Positions 31,234-41,187 of a stretch of 64,000 nucleotides of DNA are shown piece by piece (position 1 is the first letter of the stretch; each line of letters begins with the position of its first letter). Made by a program: the position numbers and the translations under genes. The DNA is from Pricia antarctica (lineage in GTDB: Bacteria; Bacteroidota; Bacteroidia; Flavobacteriales; Flavobacteriaceae): NCBI GenBank assembly GCA_011050085.1, contig DRGL01000023.1:308571-372570 (forward strand). Reading direction: 5' to 3'. Below the pieces are notes generated by a model. The model searched no databases, was not told where the DNA came from, and was given only the letters and a program-made list of their open reading frames with translations.

Positions 31234-31977
31234 ATGAAGGGCCCACTTACCTATTTTTTAATTTTTTTAGCGCTTACCGGTTGTCAGAAAGAAGATAAGT
31301 TAACTTTCGAGTCTGTTATTTTACGAAATGATATTTGTGCAGACTGCCCTGAAATCTCAATCAGTATTCCTCGGGCAATAGAAAACTCGAGAGCCGCACA
31401 TAGCATTAATTCGGTTTTGGAAGAGGAAATTATTGCCCTACTTCATTTTGATGAGGATACTGAAATTTCCAATCTTGATGACGCCTTGCTTTCCTTTACG
31501 AATGGATTTACAGAAATTAAAAATTTATATTCGGAAGAAACAACGCCCTGGGAAGCTAAAATTGAAGGGAAAGTAGTTTATGAGGATAAAGAAATATTGA
31601 CCTTGCTACTCGATTCCTATATTTTTACCGGAGGCGCTCACGGCTATAGTGCCAAGCGCTTTCTGAACTTCGACAAAAATAAGGGAATAGCCCTCGAAAA
31701 TTGGGAGCTTTTTCAGAATCGGAAGGGTTTTCAACTGTTCGCCGAAGCCAAATTCCGGGAACAGGAAGCCATTCCCGCGGAAGCATCGATCAACTATACC
31801 GGATTTATGTTTGAAAAAGACAGATTTTACTTGCCCGAGAATATCGGTTATACCAACGAGGGTGTGAAGCTATTGTACAACCCCTATGAAGTGGCATCCT
31901 ATGCAGATGGCGCCATAGTATTGACTCTTCCGTTCAAGGAGGTTGCCCCCTTTCTAGCTTCAAAAAACAAGTCTTGA
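31234..31977 (+). CDS. DUF4163/DUF3298 (PdaC/RsiV-like) lipoprotein
   Basis: Lipobox LTGC; YIFTGGAHG, YNPYEVASYADG. Confidence 0.85.
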   Translation: MKGPLTYFLIFLALTGCQKEDKLTFESVILRNDICADCPEISISIPRAIENSRAAHSINSVLEEEIIALLHFDEDTEISNLDDALLSFTNGFTEIKNLYSEETTPWEAKIEGKVVYEDKEILTLLLDSYIFTGGAHGYSAKRFLNFDKNKGIALENWELFQNRKGFQLFAEAKFREQEAIPAEASINYTGFMFEKDRFYLPENIGYTNEGVKLLYNPYEVASYADGAIVLTLPFKEVAPFLASKNKS

Positions 31978-31978
31978 C

Positions 31979-32440
31979 TTATTTACCCACTAGCTTTTGT
32001 AACCCAAGAATCGCGCCCAGATGTAATCCTTCATGAAATACGTTGAAAGTCAACGCGTCTTCAACATTGGTTAGTGTCACGTTTAGACTTGTGGTATATT
32101 CAGTGAAATCCTGAAAAAGTTCAGAGTGATAATCTTCATTTGCCCATTCTGCAGTAGAAATTAAAAAGCTGGCAATTTCTTTCATTTCTTCGTCTGTTGC
32201 CGTACCATCGGGCACCGTACCCTTTTTATAATTTTCAATAAACTGCTCGGGTATGCGCACCTTCAATCCGCTAAACTTATAGACCAATAGCTGTTGGGTT
32301 ACTACTACATGGGCGATGTTCCACCAAATGTTGTTGCGGAACCCTGCAGGTATTTCCAATAATTGCTCTTTAGGCGTAGTATCAAGAATCTTGTAAAGTA
32401 GTTTACGGTTCTGTAACGTGGTATCGAAAATTTTATCCAA
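31979..32440 (-). CDS. DinB-family protein
   Basis: NNIWWNIAHVVVTQQ...FNVFHEGLHLG metal-binding His pattern. Confidence 0.87.
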   Translation of the reverse strand: MDKIFDTTLQNRKLLYKILDTTPKEQLLEIPAGFRNNIWWNIAHVVVTQQLLVYKFSGLKVRIPEQFIENYKKGTVPDGTATDEEMKEIASFLISTAEWANEDYHSELFQDFTEYTTSLNVTLTNVEDALTFNVFHEGLHLGAILGLQKLVGK

Positions 32441-32518
32441 AGCATCCTGTTTTATAGGTGGACACCAAAAGTAGTTTAATTCGGATGAATTGGGTTTCTT
32501 TGCAAATCAAAATTTATA

Positions 32519-32869
32519 ATGAAAATTTATCACCTCAGCACCTGCGACACCTGTCAACGTATCATCAAAGAGCTACAGCCATTACCTGATGTAAACTTAC
32601 AGAATATTAAAACGGAAGCTATTACCGAGAAGCAATTAGAAAAGATGCACGACTTGGCCGGAAGCTACGAGGCACTGTTCAGCAAACGTGCCCGTTTATA
32701 CCGTCAAAAGGGACTTCATGAAAAAGAACTTTCGGAAGCCGATTATAAAAGTTTGATTCTAGAGCAGTACACCTTTCTTAAACGACCCGTAATTTTGGTC
32801 GAAGACAAAATCTTTATCGGAAATAGTAAAAAAACGGTCGCAGCGGCCAAGGAAGCTATCCATAGTTGA
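32519..32869 (+). CDS. ArsC/Spx-family protein
   Basis: YHLSTCDTC; FLKRPV. Confidence 0.88.
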   Translation: MKIYHLSTCDTCQRIIKELQPLPDVNLQNIKTEAITEKQLEKMHDLAGSYEALFSKRARLYRQKGLHEKELSEADYKSLILEQYTFLKRPVILVEDKIFIGNSKKTVAAAKEAIHS

Positions 32870-33774
32870 ACAAAAGAACCCTAGCCATATTCGCGGCCCT
32901 TGGGGCCACTACGATATACGGACTCAACCACACGATTGCAAAAGGGGTAATGCCTGAATATGTACAACCATTTGGCTTTATCATGTTTCGGGTCATCGGT
33001 GCTGCATTTTTATTTTGGATCCTCTCCCCTTTTGGGCCCAAGGAAAAGATTGACCGCAAAGACTATGGCAGACTGGTTCTTTGCGCATTTTTGGGTATGG
33101 GATTCAACATGCTGGTCTTTTTTAAAGGACTTTCACTTTCAACCCCCATCAATAGTTCGGTAATTGTAACCACCACTCCTATAATAGTACTTATTCTTTC
33201 GGCAATTTTTATCAAGGAAAAAATCGGAAGCCGTAAAGTTTTAGGCATCGCCATCGGACTAGCTGGCGCTGTAGCCCTTATTTTCTTTGGGCCATCGTTG
33301 CGTGATGATGCGCCAAATATTCCTTTGGGCAACTTCTTGTTATTATTAAATTCAGTATTCTATGGCTCTTATCTTATTGGCGCAAAATCACTGATTGCTA
33401 AATACCATCCCTTTACATTTATGAAATGGTTGTTCACTTTGGGTATTTTTATTTGCCTACCTTTTGGATACCGACAATTTGTTCAGGTAGACTTCGCCAA
33501 CCTTCCCTTTGAAGCCATTTGGCGTATCGGTTTTGTTATTCTTGGAACAACCTTCTGTACTTATCTGTTCAATATTTTTGCTTTGACGCAGTTAAAGGCT
33601 TCGACAGTCAGTGCCTTTGTATACGTTCAACCTTTGGTAGGCATCTTATTTGCTGTTTTTATGGGAGAAGACAGTTTGACTATTTTAAAAATCACGGCAG
33701 CCTGTTTAGTGCTTTCAGGCGTTTATTTAGCGAGTAAGAAGCCTAAAAAAACTCTGAAAGAACCTTTCTACTGA
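32866..33774 (+). CDS. DMT/EamA-family transporter
   Basis: 10 TM segments in a duplicated EamA pattern; 4-nt overlap with the ArsC gene. Confidence 0.9.
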   Translation: MNKRTLAIFAALGATTIYGLNHTIAKGVMPEYVQPFGFIMFRVIGAAFLFWILSPFGPKEKIDRKDYGRLVLCAFLGMGFNMLVFFKGLSLSTPINSSVIVTTTPIIVLILSAIFIKEKIGSRKVLGIAIGLAGAVALIFFGPSLRDDAPNIPLGNFLLLLNSVFYGSYLIGAKSLIAKYHPFTFMKWLFTLGIFICLPFGYRQFVQVDFANLPFEAIWRIGFVILGTTFCTYLFNIFALTQLKASTVSAFVYVQPLVGILFAVFMGEDSLTILKITAACLVLSGVYLASKKPKKTLKEPFY

Positions 33775-33831
33775 TATCGTATTAAAATCGCTCTGAAGTG
33801 CAGCCTGTTCAGCGCTATCGGTTGGAGTATA

Positions 33832-34308
33832 CTACGTTAGATTTTTAGGAACCTTTGCAAACTTCCGGGTATCCTCTTTAGTCAATACCCTAAAACCTTC
33901 AGCTTTCTCCGCACCACTGAACGACGTTAAAAAATCATTGGTCAATCCGGTAAGCTTCCGGGTCTTTAGGTCCATCCAAGCGCCCATCATTTCGCAGCGA
34001 GCGAAATTCTCGCCTTTGTGGTTATAGAAATTATGGTGAAACTCGAAGAACATAGCATCTTCGCTCATCCCCATAATCTCCATGGAAACTTTGATAGGTT
34101 TTCCTGGGAATACTTCTTTGAAATAATAGATATGTTCATAAAAAACAACGGGACCAATTTCGTTTTCGGCCAGGGTCTTCTGGTTAAAGCCAAGTTCCAT
34201 TAAAAATGCCATTCGGGTATGACTCATATAATTTTGATATGCCGAATTGGCCAAATGTCGGTTAGCGTCAATATCGCTCCACCGGATTTCAAAGTCTTTT
34301 AAATACAT
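33832..34308 (-). CDS. Acyl-CoA thioesterase (4HBT/YbgC hot-dog fold)
   Basis: RWSDIDANRHLANSAY. Start moved to MYLKDF. Confidence 0.88.
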   Translation of the reverse strand: MYLKDFEIRWSDIDANRHLANSAYQNYMSHTRMAFLMELGFNQKTLAENEIGPVVFYEHIYYFKEVFPGKPIKVSMEIMGMSEDAMFFEFHHNFYNHKGENFARCEMMGAWMDLKTRKLTGLTNDFLTSFSGAEKAEGFRVLTKEDTRKFAKVPKNLT

Positions 34309-34381
34309 AGCTTTATTAGGTTTATTATGCGTGCATAGGAATGCAAAAATAGTATAGATTGTGGAAATCGCTAAGACTATA

Positions 34382-35470
34382 TTAAGAAAGTTTAATAGTT
34401 TTGCCGGTCTTCGCCGAATCGTTGATGGCTTGAACGATGACAATATCTTTCATACCTTCTTCCCCGGGTACCATAACAGAAGTATCTTCAATAATTGCCA
34501 AGGCGTCATCATCCATTTGGCGCGCCTGCTGATTTTTAATGTACGTATCCAATAAGGTGCCGTCACTTGCTTTTCCCTGAACGCCGTTATACGCTTGAAA
34601 AGGCGTTAGTTGGTACCATCCATTTTCACAATCAGCGCGGAGGATGTTAATGCTTTCAGCCGCTGTAGTCTTTCCGCTGGCCTTAATTCCATCGGGGAAT
34701 TCGAAATTGAAGATGGTGGTTTCGGCTACTTCCTTAAATACTTCGGGCCGAGTATTTTCAATCCGACCGGTCACCGATAGCGGCTCAGATCCAGTGGTAT
34801 AGCGTATCCCGTTAATCGCATACACGCCTACGTCATAGATAAGTCCGCCACCTAGTTCGGCATCCATACGCCAAGTATCTTGGGGGTTGGGCGTGTTGAA
34901 ACCGATATCGGCCCTTACCGTGTTCATGGCGCCGAAGGGTTTAGAGGTCGACCAATCGATAATTTTTTGGGTATTGGGCTCGTGCTGCATCCGATATCCT
35001 ATCGAAAGTTTGACCTTGTTTTTGGCACAGGCATCCATAATCGCTTGACACTCCTCCGCGGTTTTGGCCATCGGCTTTTCACACCAGACGTGTTTGCCCG
35101 TGTTGGCGGCTTTAATAGCATATTTTGAATGCAGGCCCGTGGGCACTACAATATAAATGACGTCAATGTCGGGGTTATTTGCGATGTCATCCATATTCTG
35201 ATAGTTGTAGACATTCTTATCGGGAATGCCGTACTTCTGCTGCCAAACGGGAATCTTCTCAGGACTGCCGGTAACGATGCCGCGAAGCTCACAATATTCT
35301 GTCAATTGCAAAGCTGGGGCCAATTGGCTACTACTATATCCCCCTAATCCCACCAATGCGACGCCCAGTTTCTTTTTTTGAAAATTTGATTTGAAAGCGA
35401 ATTGGGGTAGAATGCTGATTCCACCTAACAGTATTCCCGTTTTTTTAATGAATGTTCTTCTTTTTTGCAT
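34382..35470 (-). CDS. Gfo/Idh/MocA oxidoreductase with a Tat-like leader
   Basis: RRTFIKK leader; VGLGGY, VWCEKPMA, GYRMQH, GGGLIYDVGVY. Confidence 0.9.
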   Translation of the reverse strand: MQKRRTFIKKTGILLGGISILPQFAFKSNFQKKKLGVALVGLGGYSSSQLAPALQLTEYCELRGIVTGSPEKIPVWQQKYGIPDKNVYNYQNMDDIANNPDIDVIYIVVPTGLHSKYAIKAANTGKHVWCEKPMAKTAEECQAIMDACAKNKVKLSIGYRMQHEPNTQKIIDWSTSKPFGAMNTVRADIGFNTPNPQDTWRMDAELGGGLIYDVGVYAINGIRYTTGSEPLSVTGRIENTRPEVFKEVAETTIFNFEFPDGIKASGKTTAAESINILRADCENGWYQLTPFQAYNGVQGKASDGTLLDTYIKNQQARQMDDDALAIIEDTSVMVPGEEGMKDIVIVQAINDSAKTGKTIKLS

Positions 35471-35650
35471 AGCTTAATTTTATGGATGGTTATCTTTATT
35501 AGTCTGTATACTCAATTAATCACTTTCACAAGTTAACCATCTTTTGGCTTTTGAAAATCCACTTTATGAGTTCATTAGGATAGCATCGAATGTAATGACC
35601 TGCTATGGTTTATAAGCTATATTTGTAATTCACGTCAAAAATTTGCCTTT

Positions 35651-36625
35651 ATGTCTTCAAAACCTTCTTTCCTCAACGACTTATCCCTACCCGTAATCGC
35701 CGCACCGATGTTTCTCATTTCAGGACCTGAACTAGTAGTTGAATGCTGCAAAAATGGTATTGTAGGTACTTTTCCCGCATTGAACCAGCGTACGAGTGAG
35801 GGTTTTGAACAATGGCTGATAGAAATCAAGTCAAAACTTGAAAAGTTCGAAAAGGAAACCGGTAAAAAAGCGGCTCCGTTCGGTGTCAACCTAATCGTTC
35901 ACCAAACCAACCCGAGAGTAGAGGCGGATCTGAAACTCTGCGTAAAACATAAGGTACCGATTATTATAACTTCTTTGGGCGCGGTTAGCCAAGTGGTGGA
36001 TGCCGTTCATAGCTATGGTGGAATCGTTTTTCATGATATCATCAAAAAACGCCATGCAGAAAAGGCCCAGGAAGCAGGTGTAGATGGATTAATTTTAGTA
36101 GCCGCAGGGGCAGGTGGACATGCAGGTACCATCAACCCCATGACCTTAGTGGCGGAAATCAAGAAATTTTTCAAAAAGACCATCATTCTCTCCGGATGTA
36201 TTAGCACGGGTCGCGACATTGCCTCGGCTCTTCAAATGGGCGCCGACCTTGCCTATATGGGAACACGGTTTATTAATACCAACGAGAGTAAGGCCACAGA
36301 CGAATATCGGAAGATGATTATCAATGCAGGCGCAGATGATGTGGTATATACAGCTTCGATTTCCGGGGTACACGCTAATTTTCTGGGGGCAAGTCTACAA
36401 GCTGCAGGAATCACTGAAGAAGATCTTAAGAAAGATACGAAAATCGATTTTGGCAAAGAGTTAGACACCGAAGCCAAAGCATGGAAGACCATTTGGTCGG
36501 CCGGTCAAGGTTCGGCCTCAATCGACGACAACCTACCGGTTGCAGAGTTGGTCGCCAAATTGAAAATGGAATTTAAAGCTGCTATTGAAGAGCAGGCAAA
36601 AGTATTGGAAACCTATCCGAAATAA
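35651..36625 (+). CDS. Nitronate monooxygenase / 2-nitropropane dioxygenase-like flavoprotein
   Basis: IAAPMFLISG, AGAGGHAG, YMGTRFI, WSAGQG. -7 box TATATTTG at 35618-35625. Confidence 0.9.
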   Translation: MSSKPSFLNDLSLPVIAAPMFLISGPELVVECCKNGIVGTFPALNQRTSEGFEQWLIEIKSKLEKFEKETGKKAAPFGVNLIVHQTNPRVEADLKLCVKHKVPIIITSLGAVSQVVDAVHSYGGIVFHDIIKKRHAEKAQEAGVDGLILVAAGAGGHAGTINPMTLVAEIKKFFKKTIILSGCISTGRDIASALQMGADLAYMGTRFINTNESKATDEYRKMIINAGADDVVYTASISGVHANFLGASLQAAGITEEDLKKDTKIDFGKELDTEAKAWKTIWSAGQGSASIDDNLPVAELVAKLKMEFKAAIEEQAKVLETYPK

Positions 36626-36759
36626 ATAGTGTTTCCAGTCAAGAAATCAACCCTTCGACTTCGTTTATCACAAGATTATTGCGCCGCTATTAAGCTATTC
36701 ACGGCGTGTAAATAATAGTGGCTTAGTTCTGCATTTTCTATCAGACAATATTCAGGCCC

Positions 36760-38418
36760 TTACTGGACTTGCAAAGCGTCTTTGGTTTCCAATTCGCCCA
36801 AAAATCTATGAACCTGACTTACTGCCATAGAACCCTCTCCAACCGCTGAGGCCACACGCTTAACAGAACCTTTACGTACATCGCCGACCGCAAAAAAACC
36901 GGGGATACTAGTTTCCAAAGATTGAGGTTTCCTATGTTGGTAAATTGCACATGTCGATAGCTCATGCGCCTTGATATCGGGTCCAGTACAAATAAATCCT
37001 TTTTCGTCAGTGACAACTAGACCATCGAGCCATTCGGTACAAGGTTTGGCGCCTATAAACGTAAATAGATTGGTAATACTCTTTTGGGTTTTATCACCAT
37101 TCACATTCTCCCACACAAGGAATTCTAAATGGTATTCCCCATGCAGTTCGACCACCTCGGTGTTTAACTGTACGTGAATGTTCGGTGCCGCCTCAATACG
37201 CTGCACCAAGTAATCGCTCATTTTTGAGCCTAAATCGTCGCTCCTTAAAATCACATAAACCTCTTTTGCATAATTGGCTAAAAAGAGTGCCGCTTGCCCA
37301 GCGGAATTTCCTCCGCCCACGATGCCTACCAACTCATTTTTACAGGAATTTGCATTCATTCCGGTTGCTGAATAATAGACCCCGCTACCTTCATATTTTT
37401 CAATATTGGATACTGGCAACTGACGATAGTTTGCGCCCGTTGCGGCCATAAGGGCTTTCGTTTTGATAACCTTTCCATTGGTCGCACAAAGAATAAAATA
37501 GTTACCGGTATGTTCGATACTTTCTGCCTTATGGGGAATTGATATATTACAACCGAATTTCTGGGCCTGTACGTATGCACGGTTGGCAAGGTCACTTCCG
37601 GATATTCCCGTGGGAAATCCCAAATAATTCTCGATTTTAGAGCTTTTACCTGCCTGGCCGCCAGGTGCGCTACTGTCGATGGTCACAACGCTGAGACCTT
37701 CCGAGGCGGCATATACGCTAGCCGCCAAACCCGATGGGCCTGCGCCAATGACCAAAAGATCAAAAACCTTATCCTCAAAATCCATCAAAACCCCTGAATA
37801 TCTTGCGACTTCATCCAATGACGGGCTATGGCATACTTTTCCTTCACTATTTACCAAAATGGGTAGGTCTGCTTTCGAAAGATTGAAATTTTGAAGCAAT
37901 CGACCGGCTTCGTCTGAAGTATCGACATCCAAGAAATTATACCAAATATGGTTCTTGTCCATAAAATCACGAATGGCATAGGTTTCCTTAGAATTACCGG
38001 AACCCACCAGTTTTACACCACCTTTATACTCGGTAAGTATGGTGTCTTGCCGTTGAATGAATGCGTTCAACAATACGTCGCTGATATCACTATGTTTGGC
38101 TATTGCCTGCTTTAACCTTTTCGGATCGATACGTAAAAGGGTGGTGCCCGATAATGCCGTCGCATGAAATTGGGCTCCTCGATTCGAGAGCATACCGCTA
38201 TCGCCCGTAAATTCATTTTTGCCGTGAACTACAATCACACTACCCGGATTGTAAGGGTCGTCTATTCGTACAGAACCTTTTAAAACTACGAAAAAATCAT
38301 ATTTGAGATCGCCAAGTTCGAAAACATGGGTGTCGTGTTCAAAAGTTTCCACCTCTCCATAGTCTTTCAAAACGGAAAGCTGATTTTGAGTCAGTTCGGG
38401 AAATCTAGGATCTGTCAT
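36760..38418 (-). CDS. cNMP-binding domain + glutaredoxin-like domain + thioredoxin-reductase-like FAD oxidoreductase
   Basis: N-terminal cNMP fold (FFVVLKGSV...EFTGDSGML); IGAGPSGLAASVY, GGQAGKSSKIENYLGFP, VGGGNSAGQAA, ETSIPGFFAVGDVR. Confidence 0.88.
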   Translation of the reverse strand: MTDPRFPELTQNQLSVLKDYGEVETFEHDTHVFELGDLKYDFFVVLKGSVRIDDPYNPGSVIVVHGKNEFTGDSGMLSNRGAQFHATALSGTTLLRIDPKRLKQAIAKHSDISDVLLNAFIQRQDTILTEYKGGVKLVGSGNSKETYAIRDFMDKNHIWYNFLDVDTSDEAGRLLQNFNLSKADLPILVNSEGKVCHSPSLDEVARYSGVLMDFEDKVFDLLVIGAGPSGLAASVYAASEGLSVVTIDSSAPGGQAGKSSKIENYLGFPTGISGSDLANRAYVQAQKFGCNISIPHKAESIEHTGNYFILCATNGKVIKTKALMAATGANYRQLPVSNIEKYEGSGVYYSATGMNANSCKNELVGIVGGGNSAGQAALFLANYAKEVYVILRSDDLGSKMSDYLVQRIEAAPNIHVQLNTEVVELHGEYHLEFLVWENVNGDKTQKSITNLFTFIGAKPCTEWLDGLVVTDEKGFICTGPDIKAHELSTCAIYQHRKPQSLETSIPGFFAVGDVRKGSVKRVASAVGEGSMAVSQVHRFLGELETKDALQVQ

Positions 38419-38533
38419 AAGTAATGTGATGTAAAAAATAGAGACATGTATACCTATGTAAATTTAAAACTTTTTTAACTAATTTTAGCCCTGTGCCGTT
38501 CACACTATTTTTGCCATCATATAAAACCTAAGA

Positions 38534-39550
38534 ATGTACATCAAACGTAATATCGGTTGGGGACTCATTCTACGCTACGCCTGGAAAAACCTGATTTTCT
38601 TTGTTCTTTATTCAGCCGTAATTTTCAGTCTCTATAATTTTTTAGGATGGACGTTTATACATATTCCCTTTCAACCTCTGAGCATTATTGGCATTGCGGT
38701 CGCCTTTTACATAGGTTTTAAGAATAGTCAGAGTTACGACCGCTTTTGGGAAGGTCGCAAAATTTGGGGCGGCATCGTGAACTACAGCCGTACTTGGGCA
38801 ATTCAGGTACTCAGTTTCATAAAATCGGACGATTCGGATTTCGACAAAAAGATGCAGGTTCAAATGATCCATCGCCATATCGCTTGGATCAATGCACTAC
38901 GGGTACAACTCCGTCAGCCCAAGCCTTGGGCCATAAAGGAAAACCGTATGGTCGAAAAGGTGTTCGACCGTCATGACGAACGTAATATATCGTGCAACGA
39001 AGCTTATAATTATGTAAGTATGCGTGAGTTCAGCGACTTGAAAAAAAGGGTCAACCCAGCCACCCATTTGGTAAAAAATCAAGCTTATGATATTCGTAAC
39101 CTGCGCGAGAAGGAAGTCATCGATGGCTTTCAGGAAGACCAAATGCAATCGGTTCTAGAAGAATTTTATAACCTACAAGGCCAGTGTGAGCGCATAAAAA
39201 ATACACCATTTCCAAGACAGTATGGATATTTCTCTAAAGTATTTACATGGATTTTCGTTCTGCTTTTACCTTTTGGGCTACTCGATGTTTTTGAGGATGG
39301 AACAACGACCGTAGTCGCTAGCGTAGACGACTGGTATCTATTTTTGATGATTCCGTTTTCCGTATTGATCTCTTGGATTTTCACTACGATGGAAATAATC
39401 GGTGATAACAGTGAAGACCCCTTTGCTGGCCGTATCAATGACGTTCCAATGACTGCGCTCTGCCGTACCATCGAGATTGACCTCCGCGATATGCTTGATG
39501 AATCAGAACTTCCCGAACCGGTTGCGCCTAAGGATAACATTCTGTACTGA
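38534..39550 (+). CDS. Bestrophin-family (YneE/UPF0187) ion channel
   Basis: GFKNSQSYDRFWEGRKIWG, QCERIKNTPFP, EDPFAG..NDVP. Confidence 0.92.
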   Translation: MYIKRNIGWGLILRYAWKNLIFFVLYSAVIFSLYNFLGWTFIHIPFQPLSIIGIAVAFYIGFKNSQSYDRFWEGRKIWGGIVNYSRTWAIQVLSFIKSDDSDFDKKMQVQMIHRHIAWINALRVQLRQPKPWAIKENRMVEKVFDRHDERNISCNEAYNYVSMREFSDLKKRVNPATHLVKNQAYDIRNLREKEVIDGFQEDQMQSVLEEFYNLQGQCERIKNTPFPRQYGYFSKVFTWIFVLLLPFGLLDVFEDGTTTVVASVDDWYLFLMIPFSVLISWIFTTMEIIGDNSEDPFAGRINDVPMTALCRTIEIDLRDMLDESELPEPVAPKDNILY

Positions 39551-40512
39551 TGCCAATACTTTCATCAAATTACAAGCCACCGATATACCTGCGATATGGC
39601 CACCTTTCGACTATTTATTCAGGGCTCTTTCGCAGAGTCAATGGTTTAGAGCAAGAACGTGAAAGGCTCGAATTGCCAGATGGCGATTTTATGGATCTGG
39701 ATTGGAGCTATGCGAATCAGCATTCTGAAAAAGTGGCCATTCTATTGCATGGTCTCGAAGGCAATGCGCAACGGCCCTATATCACCGGAAGCGCTAAAGC
39801 CTTTAACAAAGCGGGAATAGATGCCTGCGCCGTTAATTTTAGAGGCTGTAGCGGAGAGACCAATCGGCTGTACCGTTCGTACCACTCGGGAGCCACCGAA
39901 GATCTGGATGCCGTGGTGAATCACATCCTCGAAACTAAAAATTACAAGGATATTTATATCAAAGGCGTTAGTCTTGGCGGCAATATGGCCTTAAAATATA
40001 TTGGAGAACCACGTGATTTGGCCAAAGAGGTCAAAGCGGTAGTCGCAGTGTCACCGCCCTGTAATCTCCATAGCTCTTTAAAAGAACTATTAGCGCCTAA
40101 AAACTACGCTTATGCCATACGATTTAAAAAGCATCTCGTAGATAAACTTCGATTGAAACTGCCGCTTTTTCCGGAAAGAATTTCTATGCAAGAAATACTG
40201 AGTATCGGTAACCTTAAAGACTTTGATGACGTATATACGGCACCGGCACATGGCTTTGAGAATGCCCTTGATTATTATGAAAAATGCAGCTGCCGCCAAT
40301 TTTTGCCGAGCGTTCGTATACCCTCGCTCATTATTAGCGCTACGAACGATTCTTTTCTAGGCTCGGAATGCTACCCCTATGATGAAGCTAAAAAAAATAA
40401 AATGCTTCATCTAGAAACACCGAACTTTGGTGGCCATGTAGGATTTATAGACGCAGGAAACCGCTATTATTCCGAAAAAAGAGCAATAAATTTTTTGGAA
40501 GAGAGCGTTTAA
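39550..40512 (+). CDS. YheT-family alpha/beta hydrolase
   Basis: DGDFMDLDW, LHGLEG, NFRGCSG, GVSLGGN, NDSFL, GGHVGF. TGATG overlap with bestrophin. Confidence 0.9.
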   Translation: MPILSSNYKPPIYLRYGHLSTIYSGLFRRVNGLEQERERLELPDGDFMDLDWSYANQHSEKVAILLHGLEGNAQRPYITGSAKAFNKAGIDACAVNFRGCSGETNRLYRSYHSGATEDLDAVVNHILETKNYKDIYIKGVSLGGNMALKYIGEPRDLAKEVKAVVAVSPPCNLHSSLKELLAPKNYAYAIRFKKHLVDKLRLKLPLFPERISMQEILSIGNLKDFDDVYTAPAHGFENALDYYEKCSCRQFLPSVRIPSLIISATNDSFLGSECYPYDEAKKNKMLHLETPNFGGHVGFIDAGNRYYSEKRAINFLEESV

Positions 40513-40596
40513 TTTTCACTATTCCTTATATTAGTACCAGAATTTAAAGGATGCTGTACTACACGAAATTATAATGCAGCAAAAAAAGAAACACAA

Positions 40597-41082
40597 ATGA
40601 AAAAAATACTCTTAGTATTTGCATTGGGCGGATTGATTATCAGCTGCGGCGAATCAAAAAAGGAAGAAAAGAAGGAAGGTTTTGAAATGAATCGAGCCAA
40701 GACTACCGAAAAACCTGCCGAAGCTCAATCAGAAGGCGTTCCCGTTGATATGGATAATGAAGGTGTCGGTCCGTTCAAAGACATATCTTTTGACAGCGAA
40801 ATCGATCAGGAATTGGCGGCCGCGGGTGAAGGCAAGTTCAAAACGATTTGTACCGCATGCCACATGGTAGATAAGCGAATGATAGGGCCAGCACTAAAAG
40901 GTGTTTACGAAAGAAGAAACCCGGCTTGGGTTATGAACATGATTATCGGCCCTGACAAAATGCTTAAAGAAGATCCTATCGCCAAAGCGCTACTCAAGGA
41001 ATACAACAACGCCATTATGTTGAACCAGAATCTCTCAGAAGACGAAACTCGACAGGTTGCAGAGTACTTACGGACGTTGTAG
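40597..41082 (+). CDS. Lipoprotein monoheme cytochrome c
   Basis: Lipobox IISC; CTACH; GPALKGV; distal Met region (AIMLNQ). Confidence 0.92.
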   Translation: MKKILLVFALGGLIISCGESKKEEKKEGFEMNRAKTTEKPAEAQSEGVPVDMDNEGVGPFKDISFDSEIDQELAAAGEGKFKTICTACHMVDKRMIGPALKGVYERRNPAWVMNMIIGPDKMLKEDPIAKALLKEYNNAIMLNQNLSEDETRQVAEYLRTL

Positions 41083-41098
41083 GTCAAAAACAAAATTT

Positions 41099-41148
41099 AA
41101 AAAAGCGCTGTTCTCCATAAAAACTGATGGAGTTACAGCGCTTTTTTT
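41099..41148 (+). terminator. Intrinsic (possibly bidirectional) terminator
   Basis: aaaagcgctgt...ctccat...atggag...acagcgcttttttt. Confidence 0.8.
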
Positions 41149-41187
41149 ATTTCTATTGTTAATTCCCCACAATCTAAAAAAAACCTT

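Noticed and set aside
36650-36680. cccttcgacttcg as a Bacteroidota REP-like element
   Set aside because: Only about 9 nt match the recalled REP arm; no partner arm and no second copy.
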